Assembly: GCA_963806855.1 (NCBI GenBank)
Contig: CAWDYW010000001.1
Location: forward strand, 1,184,001 to 1,248,000
From: an uncultured Verrucomicrobiae bacterium
GTDB lineage: Bacteria > Chlamydiota > Chlamydiia > Chlamydiales > Rhabdochlamydiaceae
Length of the DNA stretch: 64,000 bases
Direction of reading: 5' to 3'
Below the pieces are notes generated by a model. The model did not search any database, had not been told where the DNA came from, and saw nothing but the letters and a program-made list of their open reading frames with translations. Made by a program: the position numbers and the translations under genes. Position 1 is the stretch's first letter; every line of letters starts with the position of its first letter. Shown piece by piece: positions 56,373 to 64,000 of this stretch.

Positions 56373-57107
56373 ATGATTAGTGCCACAGTTCTGACAAAAA
56401 ATAGCCAAAAAACCCTTAAACAAACCCTTGACTCCCTCAAGCGGTTTCCCGAGGTGATCCTCCTCGATTCCGGCTCGACCGATGAGACCTTGATCATTGC
56501 CAAAACCTACCCCAACGTCGCCATCCACACCTCCCCTTTTCTAGGCTTTGGCCCTATGCATAACCTCGCCTCCTCCCTCGCCACTCACGATTGGATCCTC
56601 TCCATCGACAGCGACGAGATCGTCACCGAGGCCCTCGCAGATGAGATCCTCACCCTTTCCCTCGACCCCAAGAATATCTACAGCATCCAAAGAGCCAACT
56701 ACTTCAATGGGAGGCAGATCATGTGGTGCGGCGGTTGGCATCCCGATGTGGTCTTGCGCCTCTATCACCGCTGGGAGACCCAATTCAGCGGCGACCTCGT
56801 CCATGAAAAAGTGGAAAGAAAAAATTTTCAGATCGTCCCCCTGAAAGGGACCCTCACCCATATCCCCTATCGGGAGATCGGTGATTTCCTCGACAAGATG
56901 CAACACTATAGCACCCTCTTTGCCGACCAAAATCCTGGGAAAAAGAGCTCACTCCTTAAGGCGCTTCTCCACAGCTGGTCTGCCTTCTTGAAAAGCTATA
57001 TTTTGAAACGGGGCTTTTTAGGAGGGAAAGAGGGCTTTATCATCTCGATCTACAATGGCCATACCGCTTTCTATAAATATTTGAAGCTAGCCGAGCGAAT
57101 TAAATAA
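56373..57107 (+). CDS. Glycosyltransferase family 2 (WaaE/KdtX-like LPS core)
   Basis: DSGSTD.T, WILSIDSDE, GW.PD...RL, VHE, GFLGGKEG. Confidence 0.88.
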   Translation: MISATVLTKNSQKTLKQTLDSLKRFPEVILLDSGSTDETLIIAKTYPNVAIHTSPFLGFGPMHNLASSLATHDWILSIDSDEIVTEALADEILTLSLDPKNIYSIQRANYFNGRQIMWCGGWHPDVVLRLYHRWETQFSGDLVHEKVERKNFQIVPLKGTLTHIPYREIGDFLDKMQHYSTLFADQNPGKKSSLLKALLHSWSAFLKSYILKRGFLGGKEGFIISIYNGHTAFYKYLKLAERIK

Positions 57108-57154
57108 AAAAAATATGCTGCTTTAGAGCGCGGTTTCGAGTAGAATATTCTCCT

Positions 57155-57715
57155 ATGAAATTCCGCGTAATCTTGCTAGTTATTTTATTCCATGCGATTG
57201 GCTTTTCGGCCCAGTACTATTGCGCTCCAGAGCTAAAACCGGTACTAGAGAAAGTAAAAGCTCTGCCAGAAGCAGCAGACGTGATCGATCAAGTGCTCGA
57301 GCAGGGGCCCATCACAATCAAGCTCAACAAAAATTATCCCGATGACTTTTTCGGCTATTGGGGCTCAGCAGAGCGTACGATCTACATCTCTAAAACCCCT
57401 TCTGAATGCATCCAAATCACTGCCCTCATCATGGAGCTGCACAATGCCCTGCGCAATGCAGATATTGAGCAGATGCACGCCCTCGCCGCCAATCGCTCTA
57501 TCGATAGAGAGCGATTCATCGAGCAGTTTGAATACATTGAATATGAAAATGCCTGTGAGACGAGGCGGCTCCTTGAAATAGGTGCTCATCAAGGGCTTTT
57601 CCCCTGTAATTGTCGCTTCAATATTGCCGATAATTTTGGGGATCATCTCGACATCCAGTATAATGAAGGACATTCAGACTGGATCGGGCAGATCTACGAT
57701 GAATTAGCGCTTTAG
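57155..57715 (+). CDS. Exported hypothetical protein
   Basis: Signal peptide; LIMELHNA ... EYEN metalloprotease-like motif (weak). Confidence 0.6.
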   Translation: MKFRVILLVILFHAIGFSAQYYCAPELKPVLEKVKALPEAADVIDQVLEQGPITIKLNKNYPDDFFGYWGSAERTIYISKTPSECIQITALIMELHNALRNADIEQMHALAANRSIDRERFIEQFEYIEYENACETRRLLEIGAHQGLFPCNCRFNIADNFGDHLDIQYNEGHSDWIGQIYDELAL

Positions 57716-58342
57716 TGGCATTAAGCTTTCAAGCTCTTTTCTCACCTGGGGTGTCGATTGAAAGAGAATGGCATGGATCCCAAACTTTCTTGCTGCGGCC
57801 ACATTCACTTCCCGATCATCGATAAAAATGACATCCTTAGCTGGAAGCTTGAGAGTTTCCAATAAGATTTCATAGATCTTGGGGTCGGGCTTGCGCACAT
57901 TGACCTGCCAAGAGAGGATAATCGGATCGAAAGGGCGATAAAACCCCTCGCGACGATAGAATTCACTACGTACCTGAGTCGTATTTGAGATGAGTGCCAC
58001 GATATATCCTTGGGCCTTTAGCTCGGAAATGAGTTGATCCGTTCCAGGTACAGGCTGCACAAAGTTCTTCACCCGCCGTTCTAGTCCCGCCATCCAGCCA
58101 ACGGGCAAACTTCTCTTGTGCGCCTGTGCATAACTCTGCCAAAAATCTTCCCCTTGGATAAGAGCAGAAAAGAGCTTATCCCCCTCAAAATCGACTGCCG
58201 CATTCGTCCCCAAAGTATCGTGAATATATTGAAGAATGGGCTGCGGATCGTGCGTAGCCACGACTTTCCCAAAATCGAAGACCACCGCTTTTGGGGCAGC
58301 GCACAGAGTACAACACCACAATAGGAGTAAGAGTATACGCAT
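57704..58342 (-). CDS. HAD family phosphatase (YihX-like) with a signal-peptide-like N-terminus
   Basis: VVFDFGKV, LISNT, RKPDPKIY, FIDDR..NV.AA. Confidence 0.88.
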   Translation of the reverse strand: MRILLLLLWCCTLCAAPKAVVFDFGKVVATHDPQPILQYIHDTLGTNAAVDFEGDKLFSALIQGEDFWQSYAQAHKRSLPVGWMAGLERRVKNFVQPVPGTDQLISELKAQGYIVALISNTTQVRSEFYRREGFYRPFDPIILSWQVNVRKPDPKIYEILLETLKLPAKDVIFIDDREVNVAAARKFGIHAILFQSTPQVRKELESLMPLKR

Positions 58343-58425
58343 AATTTGGAACATAGTATTTTGCAAAATAAAAATCTTCTCAAAATAAATGCTTTGCCTT
58401 ATTACCTGAAAGAAAAGGGGTTATC

Positions 58426-59442
58426 ATGCCTAAAATGCGCGCAGTACAAGTTTCTCGTCCGGGGGGCCCATTAGAGCTTGTCGAACGGGAAATCCCTAAA
58501 CCTCAACCCGGTCAAGTTCGGATCAAAGTGCAAGCTTGTGGAATCTGCCATAGCGATACATTTGTGAAAAACGGCGCGTTTCCCAACATCGAGTATCCCC
58601 GTATCCCTGGCCATGAAGTCGCTGGAATTGTCGATGCAGTTGGTCCAGGCGTCACACGATGGCAAGTAGGCGATCGGGTCGGAGTAGGTTGGCATGGTGA
58701 TCATTGTAGTGTTTGCGACCAGTGCCGAAGGGGGAATTTCTTCGCCTGTCTGACTTCCCCGAAAGTGACCGGCATCTCCTTTGACGGCGGCTATGCTGAG
58801 TACATGATTGCCCCCGAGGTCGTATGTGCAGCGATTCCCAAAGAATTATCTCCCAGCGAAGCAGCTCCTCTCGTGTGCGCTGGGGTTACGACCTTCAATG
58901 CTCTGCGCAATACCGATGCCGTAGCAGGCGATTTAGTCGCAGTGCTTGGTCTCGGCGGACTTGGCCATCTCGCCGTTCAATTTGCGGCAAAAATGGGCTT
59001 TAGAACCGTTGGGATTGCACGAGGCAAAGATAAGGAAGCCCTTGCCCGCAAGCTCGGCGTCAATTACTACATCGATAGTCAAACAGCCGATCCAGCACAG
59101 CAGCTTCAAAAACTCGGTGGGGCCAAAGTGATCCTCTCAACGGTGACAGATAGTGCTACCGTAGCTGCAGCACAACTCGGGCTCGGTGTCCAAGGAACTC
59201 TCATCTTAATTGGAGTAACCGATCCTTTTCTGATACAACCCCTCTTTTTGCTCGACCGCAATCGATCAATCAAAGGATGGAATTCTGGAACAGGGATCGA
59301 CTCCCAAGACACCCTCAATTTTTGTGCGCAAGCAGGGGTCCGTTCAATGAATGAGATTTATCCTCTGGAGCGAGTTGCTGAGGCCTATGAGCGGATGTTG
59401 AGTGGCAAAGCCCGCTTTCGGGTTGTACTCACCATGGAATAA
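58426..59442 (+). CDS. Zn-dependent alcohol dehydrogenase (AdhP-like)
   Basis: CGICHSD, PGHEVAG, C..C..C..G...C, CAGVT, GLGGLG. Confidence 0.93.
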   Translation: MPKMRAVQVSRPGGPLELVEREIPKPQPGQVRIKVQACGICHSDTFVKNGAFPNIEYPRIPGHEVAGIVDAVGPGVTRWQVGDRVGVGWHGDHCSVCDQCRRGNFFACLTSPKVTGISFDGGYAEYMIAPEVVCAAIPKELSPSEAAPLVCAGVTTFNALRNTDAVAGDLVAVLGLGGLGHLAVQFAAKMGFRTVGIARGKDKEALARKLGVNYYIDSQTADPAQQLQKLGGAKVILSTVTDSATVAAAQLGLGVQGTLILIGVTDPFLIQPLFLLDRNRSIKGWNSGTGIDSQDTLNFCAQAGVRSMNEIYPLERVAEAYERMLSGKARFRVVLTME

Positions 59443-59515
59443 CAATTCCCTTTCAAAAAAAATGATCTTCTTGCACACTATTGGATTAAAATTTTTCTAA
59501 TAGTGTGAGAGTCAT

Positions 59516-60547
59516 ATGCAAAAGAAAACACGAATCGTACTAGGATTACTCCTTTTAGGAGTTTTACCTTTACCGGTGCAGGCTGAAGATTGCTGTCTAC
59601 CTTCCTATCAACCTGGAACTCCTCTCTGTGAGGATGAAGTCTGTACGATGTATCCTGCCTTTGCTGGAGTCAAATTAGATTGCGGTTTTAATGTTTTTAG
59701 CTATGCAGAATTTTTATATTGGTCAGCACTCACTTCACAAAGTTATGCAGTGACAACCTTTGAGGGAAATCCTTCGGGAAGCGTGCAAGATGAGCTCTCC
59801 CATCGATATGGATATCGACCTGCTTTTAAAGTGGGGATAGGGATGGTGATGCCCGATGGAGATGATAATTGGGTCGCATCGGTCGAATATCTCTGGTATC
59901 ATCATGATTTTACCAAGAAATTTTCCAGCCCCCTCCCGGTTACTCTAGCAGGTGCGCAACTCCCTTTTACAAATCCGATCTATAGCTCGGTCAGCGATAA
60001 ACTTAAACTCCATTACGATATGGTCAGCATAAATATCGGGCGACCCAATTATCTCGGGGAGCGGATGATTTTTAGCCCCTATTTGACCTTCAAGTGGTTT
60101 AGACGCAATCTTAAAACATCGCAAAACTTAAGTAGAGCAGTCACCGGCTTAGTCGACCATCAACAGACCAAATTGTCCTTTTCCTCGATTGGACTCGGGT
60201 CTGGAATTACAACAGACTGGCTGCTATGTTGGGGAGCCAGGCTTATTGGAAAAGTTGAATTTGGTTTGTTTATACCATACCGCAGAACAAACAAGGAGAC
60301 TACAAAGTCCGCTGAAGGAATCATCAGCAACACCAACACCCCAATAAGGCATCTCGACGTTCTCACGATCAGCGGCCTTGGAATAGGCTGGGGAAAATAT
60401 TATTGTTGCAACCGTTATCACCTGGATTTAGCTGCAACCTACGATTTTTTTGGCGAAATCTCAGAGCTTGACTTCAACGCAGGGATGTTCACTAAAGCAG
60501 AGATGATGATGCACGGATTGACAATCTCTGGACGATTCGATTTTTAA
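59516..60547 (+). CDS. MOMP-like / Lpg1974-like beta-barrel outer membrane protein 1
   Basis: Signal peptide, Cys-rich N-terminus, EFLYW, PAFKVGIG, GWG.Y.CC.RYH.D, GLT..GRFDF. Confidence 0.82.
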   Translation: MQKKTRIVLGLLLLGVLPLPVQAEDCCLPSYQPGTPLCEDEVCTMYPAFAGVKLDCGFNVFSYAEFLYWSALTSQSYAVTTFEGNPSGSVQDELSHRYGYRPAFKVGIGMVMPDGDDNWVASVEYLWYHHDFTKKFSSPLPVTLAGAQLPFTNPIYSSVSDKLKLHYDMVSINIGRPNYLGERMIFSPYLTFKWFRRNLKTSQNLSRAVTGLVDHQQTKLSFSSIGLGSGITTDWLLCWGARLIGKVEFGLFIPYRRTNKETTKSAEGIISNTNTPIRHLDVLTISGLGIGWGKYYCCNRYHLDLAATYDFFGEISELDFNAGMFTKAEMMMHGLTISGRFDF

Positions 60548-60569
60548 AATATACCTCAAGGAGAAAAAA

Positions 60570-61700
60570 GTGGTGAAAAAATTTATACCCCGCGCCGTCT
60601 ATGTTGTTGGAATAGCTCAACTATTGCTCCACACACTCCCCCTGATTGCAGCTGATGAGTGTTGTGTAACCCCTTGTTGTGAAATGATCGGTGGGGAGCC
60701 GCTCGATGCTCGATGCATCGCTGCTGGTTATCCGCTGCCTGCGATCATCACCCCCTGTGGAAGCTGCCTCGACATGTATGTCAAAGGTGATTTTTGCTAT
60801 TGGGGCGTCATCGAAAACGAGCAACAAATTTTCGCACAGAAGATGACCACTGATGGGGCAACAATTAAAAACTACTTTGAAAAGGGGAAGTATCGTCCCG
60901 CTTTTAGAGTGGGCGCTGGTATTCAGATTAACACATGGCTTTTAGATTTTACCTATTATCGTTGTCATCATCATAGCCATATTCCAGTATCGACTGCACC
61001 TAATGAGCTGATTCAACTCACCACAACTCGACTGACTGGACCGCCACTGATGTTTTCAGGAGTCGATTTTCATGTCGACATCGATATGGATTATGGACTT
61101 ATTGCTCTAGAGCAGCCTATCTATCTTGGTAAAAATATCACCATGAACCTCGGTTTTGGCCTCATGGGGATGTGGATCGATCGTAAAAAGAACCTCCCGA
61201 GTACAGCCTTCGCCGGAGTCCTTCCTCCTACTGTCGTGACGGCTAATGGTTTTACCAGAACGCATCATAAAGCTTGGGCAATCGGGCCTAATCTTGGGTT
61301 TAATGTGCAAGCTCTTCTCCCTTGGGGATTAAAAGCTTTGGGCGCATTCAATGTTGCCCTGAATTATGCCTCCCTCTACAAAGGGGTCACACAAACCTCC
61401 TATCCAGCTTTAATTCCCCTTACCCCCTTTATACCCCCGTTAATTCAATACAACACAACCATCAACTCAAAAAAACATGTCCCCCATCTTGAGGGCTACG
61501 AAAGTGGCGAGCTCGGAATCGGCTGGGGCAACTACCTATGGTGCGACCGCTATTACCTTGATATATCCCTTACCTATATGTTCCTTTACCGTGGATCAAC
61601 GGTTTTTGGAACTCCGATCAATGGCCATGCAGTCGATCTCTCCAATTTGGAAGCGTGGGGTGTACATGGACTAACTGTTGGTGGACGATTCGATTTTTAA
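60570..61700 (+). CDS. MOMP-like / Lpg1974-like beta-barrel outer membrane protein 2
   Basis: Same architecture; ends GLTVGGRFDF. Confidence 0.82.
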   Translation: MVKKFIPRAVYVVGIAQLLLHTLPLIAADECCVTPCCEMIGGEPLDARCIAAGYPLPAIITPCGSCLDMYVKGDFCYWGVIENEQQIFAQKMTTDGATIKNYFEKGKYRPAFRVGAGIQINTWLLDFTYYRCHHHSHIPVSTAPNELIQLTTTRLTGPPLMFSGVDFHVDIDMDYGLIALEQPIYLGKNITMNLGFGLMGMWIDRKKNLPSTAFAGVLPPTVVTANGFTRTHHKAWAIGPNLGFNVQALLPWGLKALGAFNVALNYASLYKGVTQTSYPALIPLTPFIPPLIQYNTTINSKKHVPHLEGYESGELGIGWGNYLWCDRYYLDISLTYMFLYRGSTVFGTPINGHAVDLSNLEAWGVHGLTVGGRFDF

Positions 61701-61718
61701 AAAAGATTAGGAGCAAAT

Positions 61719-62789
61719 ATGTTAAAAAATGCCTTTCTCATGATAGCGGCGACCCTTCCGATCTTGGGTCACTCAGAAGATTACTGTGAGCCACCTACCT
61801 GTCTTGTTCCTTCCGAACCTCTAGAGTCTTGCCAATTGCCAGCTGGATATTTTTATCCTGGGCTACTCACCCTTTGCAATCCTTGCCTAAATATCTCGCT
61901 CGGTGGTGAGTTCATCTATTGGCAAACCAATTTTGCCGCTGTCGCCCAAGTGGGGACGAGGATCAGGACAGATGTTGAGGGCAACACCTTTACGAAAGAG
62001 CTTTTCCACAATCAACACTGGAAGCCTGGATTTAAAGTGGCCCTCGGATTAGGTTTTCCCTCTCTAGACCATTGGGAGCTAGATATGGAATACACCTGGC
62101 TACATAGCACCAAAACCAACCATTTTAATGCCGATTTTTTCAATGGTGAGATCATCGTCTCTAAAATTCTGCCACAGGTTTTTCCGATCGCCTCTTCCTC
62201 CTTAACATCTAAGCAGAGATGGGATCTGAATTTCTTATATGCGGTTTTAGGAAGGCCCTTGTACGGAAGCAAGCGTGTCATTGTAAACCCCGCTGTTGGA
62301 CTTCAAGGATGGTGGGCCGAGAGAAAACTAGATCTTACCTTCGCCGTCCTAGGAGGCCTACCACAAGGGACCCAAGTGACCAAGAATAACGTCTGGGGGA
62401 TCGGTCCCTTCGCCCGTATCGACGTGAAGATGCTCCTGATATGTGGAGCCTACATGACAGGTAAAGTGGGTATTTGGCCTCTTTATAGCAGAACCTCTAA
62501 GTACAGTACAGACACCAATTTTCCGATCACCGTACCGCCAGCCTTGTTTCCTGGCGCACAGAATGTGGAGACGAATCATAAAAATCCCCATGAGGTCCAC
62601 ATTTTCTTCCAGGGTGGCTTAAGGTTAGGATGGGGCACCTATCTATGCTGCAATAATTACCACATCGACCTTGCCGTGGGCTATGACCTGATGAAAACGA
62701 TCAAACGGATTACACCCATCGAAATGGGACTGGTCATCGACGACTTTTATGCCCAAGGTCTAACAGTCAGAGCCCAATTCGATTTCTAA
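61719..62789 (+). CDS. MOMP-like / Lpg1974-like beta-barrel outer membrane protein 3
   Basis: GEFIYW, KPGFKVALG, WGIGP; ends GLTVRAQFDF. Confidence 0.82.
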   Translation: MLKNAFLMIAATLPILGHSEDYCEPPTCLVPSEPLESCQLPAGYFYPGLLTLCNPCLNISLGGEFIYWQTNFAAVAQVGTRIRTDVEGNTFTKELFHNQHWKPGFKVALGLGFPSLDHWELDMEYTWLHSTKTNHFNADFFNGEIIVSKILPQVFPIASSSLTSKQRWDLNFLYAVLGRPLYGSKRVIVNPAVGLQGWWAERKLDLTFAVLGGLPQGTQVTKNNVWGIGPFARIDVKMLLICGAYMTGKVGIWPLYSRTSKYSTDTNFPITVPPALFPGAQNVETNHKNPHEVHIFFQGGLRLGWGTYLCCNNYHIDLAVGYDLMKTIKRITPIEMGLVIDDFYAQGLTVRAQFDF

Positions 62790-62793
62790 GACC

Positions 62794-62834
62794 CTATCTC
62801 CCGAGTAGTCAAACCGATTCGGGAGATGGTTTTA
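62794..62834 (+). terminator. Rho-independent terminator of the porin cluster
   Basis: ATCTCCCGA / TCGGGAGAT stem followed by a T tract. Confidence 0.7.
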
Positions 62835-62919
62835 TTCAGGATAAATTTAAAAAAAATATTCTAACTTGAATTTAATTGCCAAGTATTTATGATTAATTGA
62901 TTTAAAACCGGAGATTTCT

Positions 62920-63357
62920 ATGATTGGTCCTATGGCTTATGTTCAAGTGTATGGAACAAATGTTCCATGCTCATATCTATCTTGCGAAGAAGTTAGCTCC
63001 CCAATCTACATCCATTGTGATAGTTGTCCAGCTCACCAAAAATGTCACGAAAAGGCTATGCATTATTTGGATGGGAATTTTCATTGTGGATTTTGCTTGG
63101 AAAGAGTTAATCCAAAGACTCTTCTAACCGAAAGGCAAATTGAACAAATCAAAGCCCCCGCAGCTTCACCAATAATAATTCCCGCTCCCTTCGAGGAATC
63201 TGCTGGTTCCCTAATGTCAGTTGTACCAAAAGTTGATACACCGGAGGGTGACGGTTTTCTGATGATGGAGGGAGGAGGCTCTGATGCTGCGGTAGCAAGA
63301 AAACTATGGGAAACCGAGATCGGATATGGATCCCCTAATGACAGAGATGACTGGTAA
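62920..63357 (+). CDS. Cys/His-rich zinc-finger (RING-like) hypothetical protein
   Basis: C-x4-C ... HC-x2-C-x2-H-x2-CH ... C-x2-C followed by a low-complexity acidic tail. Confidence 0.55.
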   Translation: MIGPMAYVQVYGTNVPCSYLSCEEVSSPIYIHCDSCPAHQKCHEKAMHYLDGNFHCGFCLERVNPKTLLTERQIEQIKAPAASPIIIPAPFEESAGSLMSVVPKVDTPEGDGFLMMEGGGSDAAVARKLWETEIGYGSPNDRDDW

Positions 63358-63377
63358 TCCGGCAAACACTACATTTT

Positions 63378-64000
63378 TTAAGGCATACGAACTTCCCACT
63401 CAGCAGGGTTTTGGTTTTCAACACCTGAGTATCCTGCTGCACCGCTCGGTTTAGAATAGAGCTTACTTTCCCCGCTGAAGTCATGCTGGGTCACAATATG
63501 ATCGATCCCCTCGGCGATCAGCTGCCCTCCCCTTTTATTGGGTTCGATTCCCGAGTCATAAAGGCTTGCATAGGGGTTAAAGGTATTAGGAAGATCGAGG
63601 ATTGGGATATGCTCCTTTTTCGCTAGTTCTAATATGGGCTGATAGAATCTTTGCATCATTTCAGTAATGAGCGACAGACTAAACCGATTGCCCATGAGCA
63701 CCTTCTTCGTTACCGATAATGGAATGATCCGATGGCTTCCATATAGCCCAAGAGCCCCGATGCCAGTTGCAATTCCAGCCGTCAATGCCGAGATCGATCC
63801 CCCGAGGGCCCAGATAGGGGCAGTGAGAAGAGCGATGCAAGTTAAATGGACCAAGACCGCCAGGACCCCGATAAGGCCAAAGATCACATAAATACCATAA
63901 CGATCATTCTTGGCATCGGTCAAATATTGGAAGACCAAAATGGGCCGTACTCGCCCACTTAAACTCTTGACACTTTCGACAATTTGGCAGTAGCGCTCTT
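63378..64000 (-). CDS. SGNH/GDSL hydrolase-like protein (5' end outside the window)
   Basis: IPILDLPNTF ... GIEPN..G..LIAE resembles SGNH block V; internal hydrophobic insertion. Confidence 0.5.
   Translation of the reverse strand, partial: ERYCQIVESVKSLSGRVRPILVFQYLTDAKNDRYGIYVIFGLIGVLAVLVHLTCIALLTAPIWALGGSISALTAGIATGIGALGLYGSHRIIPLSVTKKVLMGNRFSLSLITEMMQRFYQPILELAKKEHIPILDLPNTFNPYASLYDSGIEPNKRGGQLIAEGIDHIVTQHDFSGESKLYSKPSGAAGYSGVENQNPAEWEVRMP

Noticed and set aside
1..64000. tRNA, rRNA, riboswitch, transposase or integrase
   Set aside because: None was recognised by eye; a covariance-model search (tRNAscan-SE, Infernal/Rfam) would be needed to exclude small RNAs.

Overview
A gene-dense 64 kb bacterial window, most likely from an environmental member of the Chlamydiota. 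This is inferred from an Hc2-like Lys/Arg-repeat histone-like protein, a SET-domain protein, a TMEM14 protein, tandem Npt1/TLC-type nucleotide transporters and three Cys-rich MOMP-like porins ending in -F-D-F. It mixes housekeeping genes (proC, Sua5, two pseudouridine synthases, aconitase, malic enzyme, tpx, ubiE, treY) with accessory loci. These include an Rhs polymorphic toxin plus immunity gene broken by clustered single-base indels, a HicAB toxin-antitoxin pair and many host-directed effector candidates (SH2 domain, two YopT-like Cys proteases, J-domain, U-box/RING+TPR, permuted papain-like). Three observations stand out. First, a ~170 bp palindromic miniature element (3 full copies and 1 half copy) has a conserved, co-varying core, interchangeable termini and an inverted centre in some copies; it supplies a probable RBS to aconitase and the C-terminus and stop codon of an HD gene. 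Second, a type III PKS / ExxH-rich membrane protein / UbiG-like methyltransferase operon may make a polyketide-derived quinone-like lipid. Third, an IMPDH/GMPR - HD hydrolase - NTT - NTT - malic enzyme run looks like a nucleotide-scavenging operon. No rRNA, tRNA, CRISPR array, transposase or integrase was recognised. All family assignments come from motif reading by eye, not from database searches.
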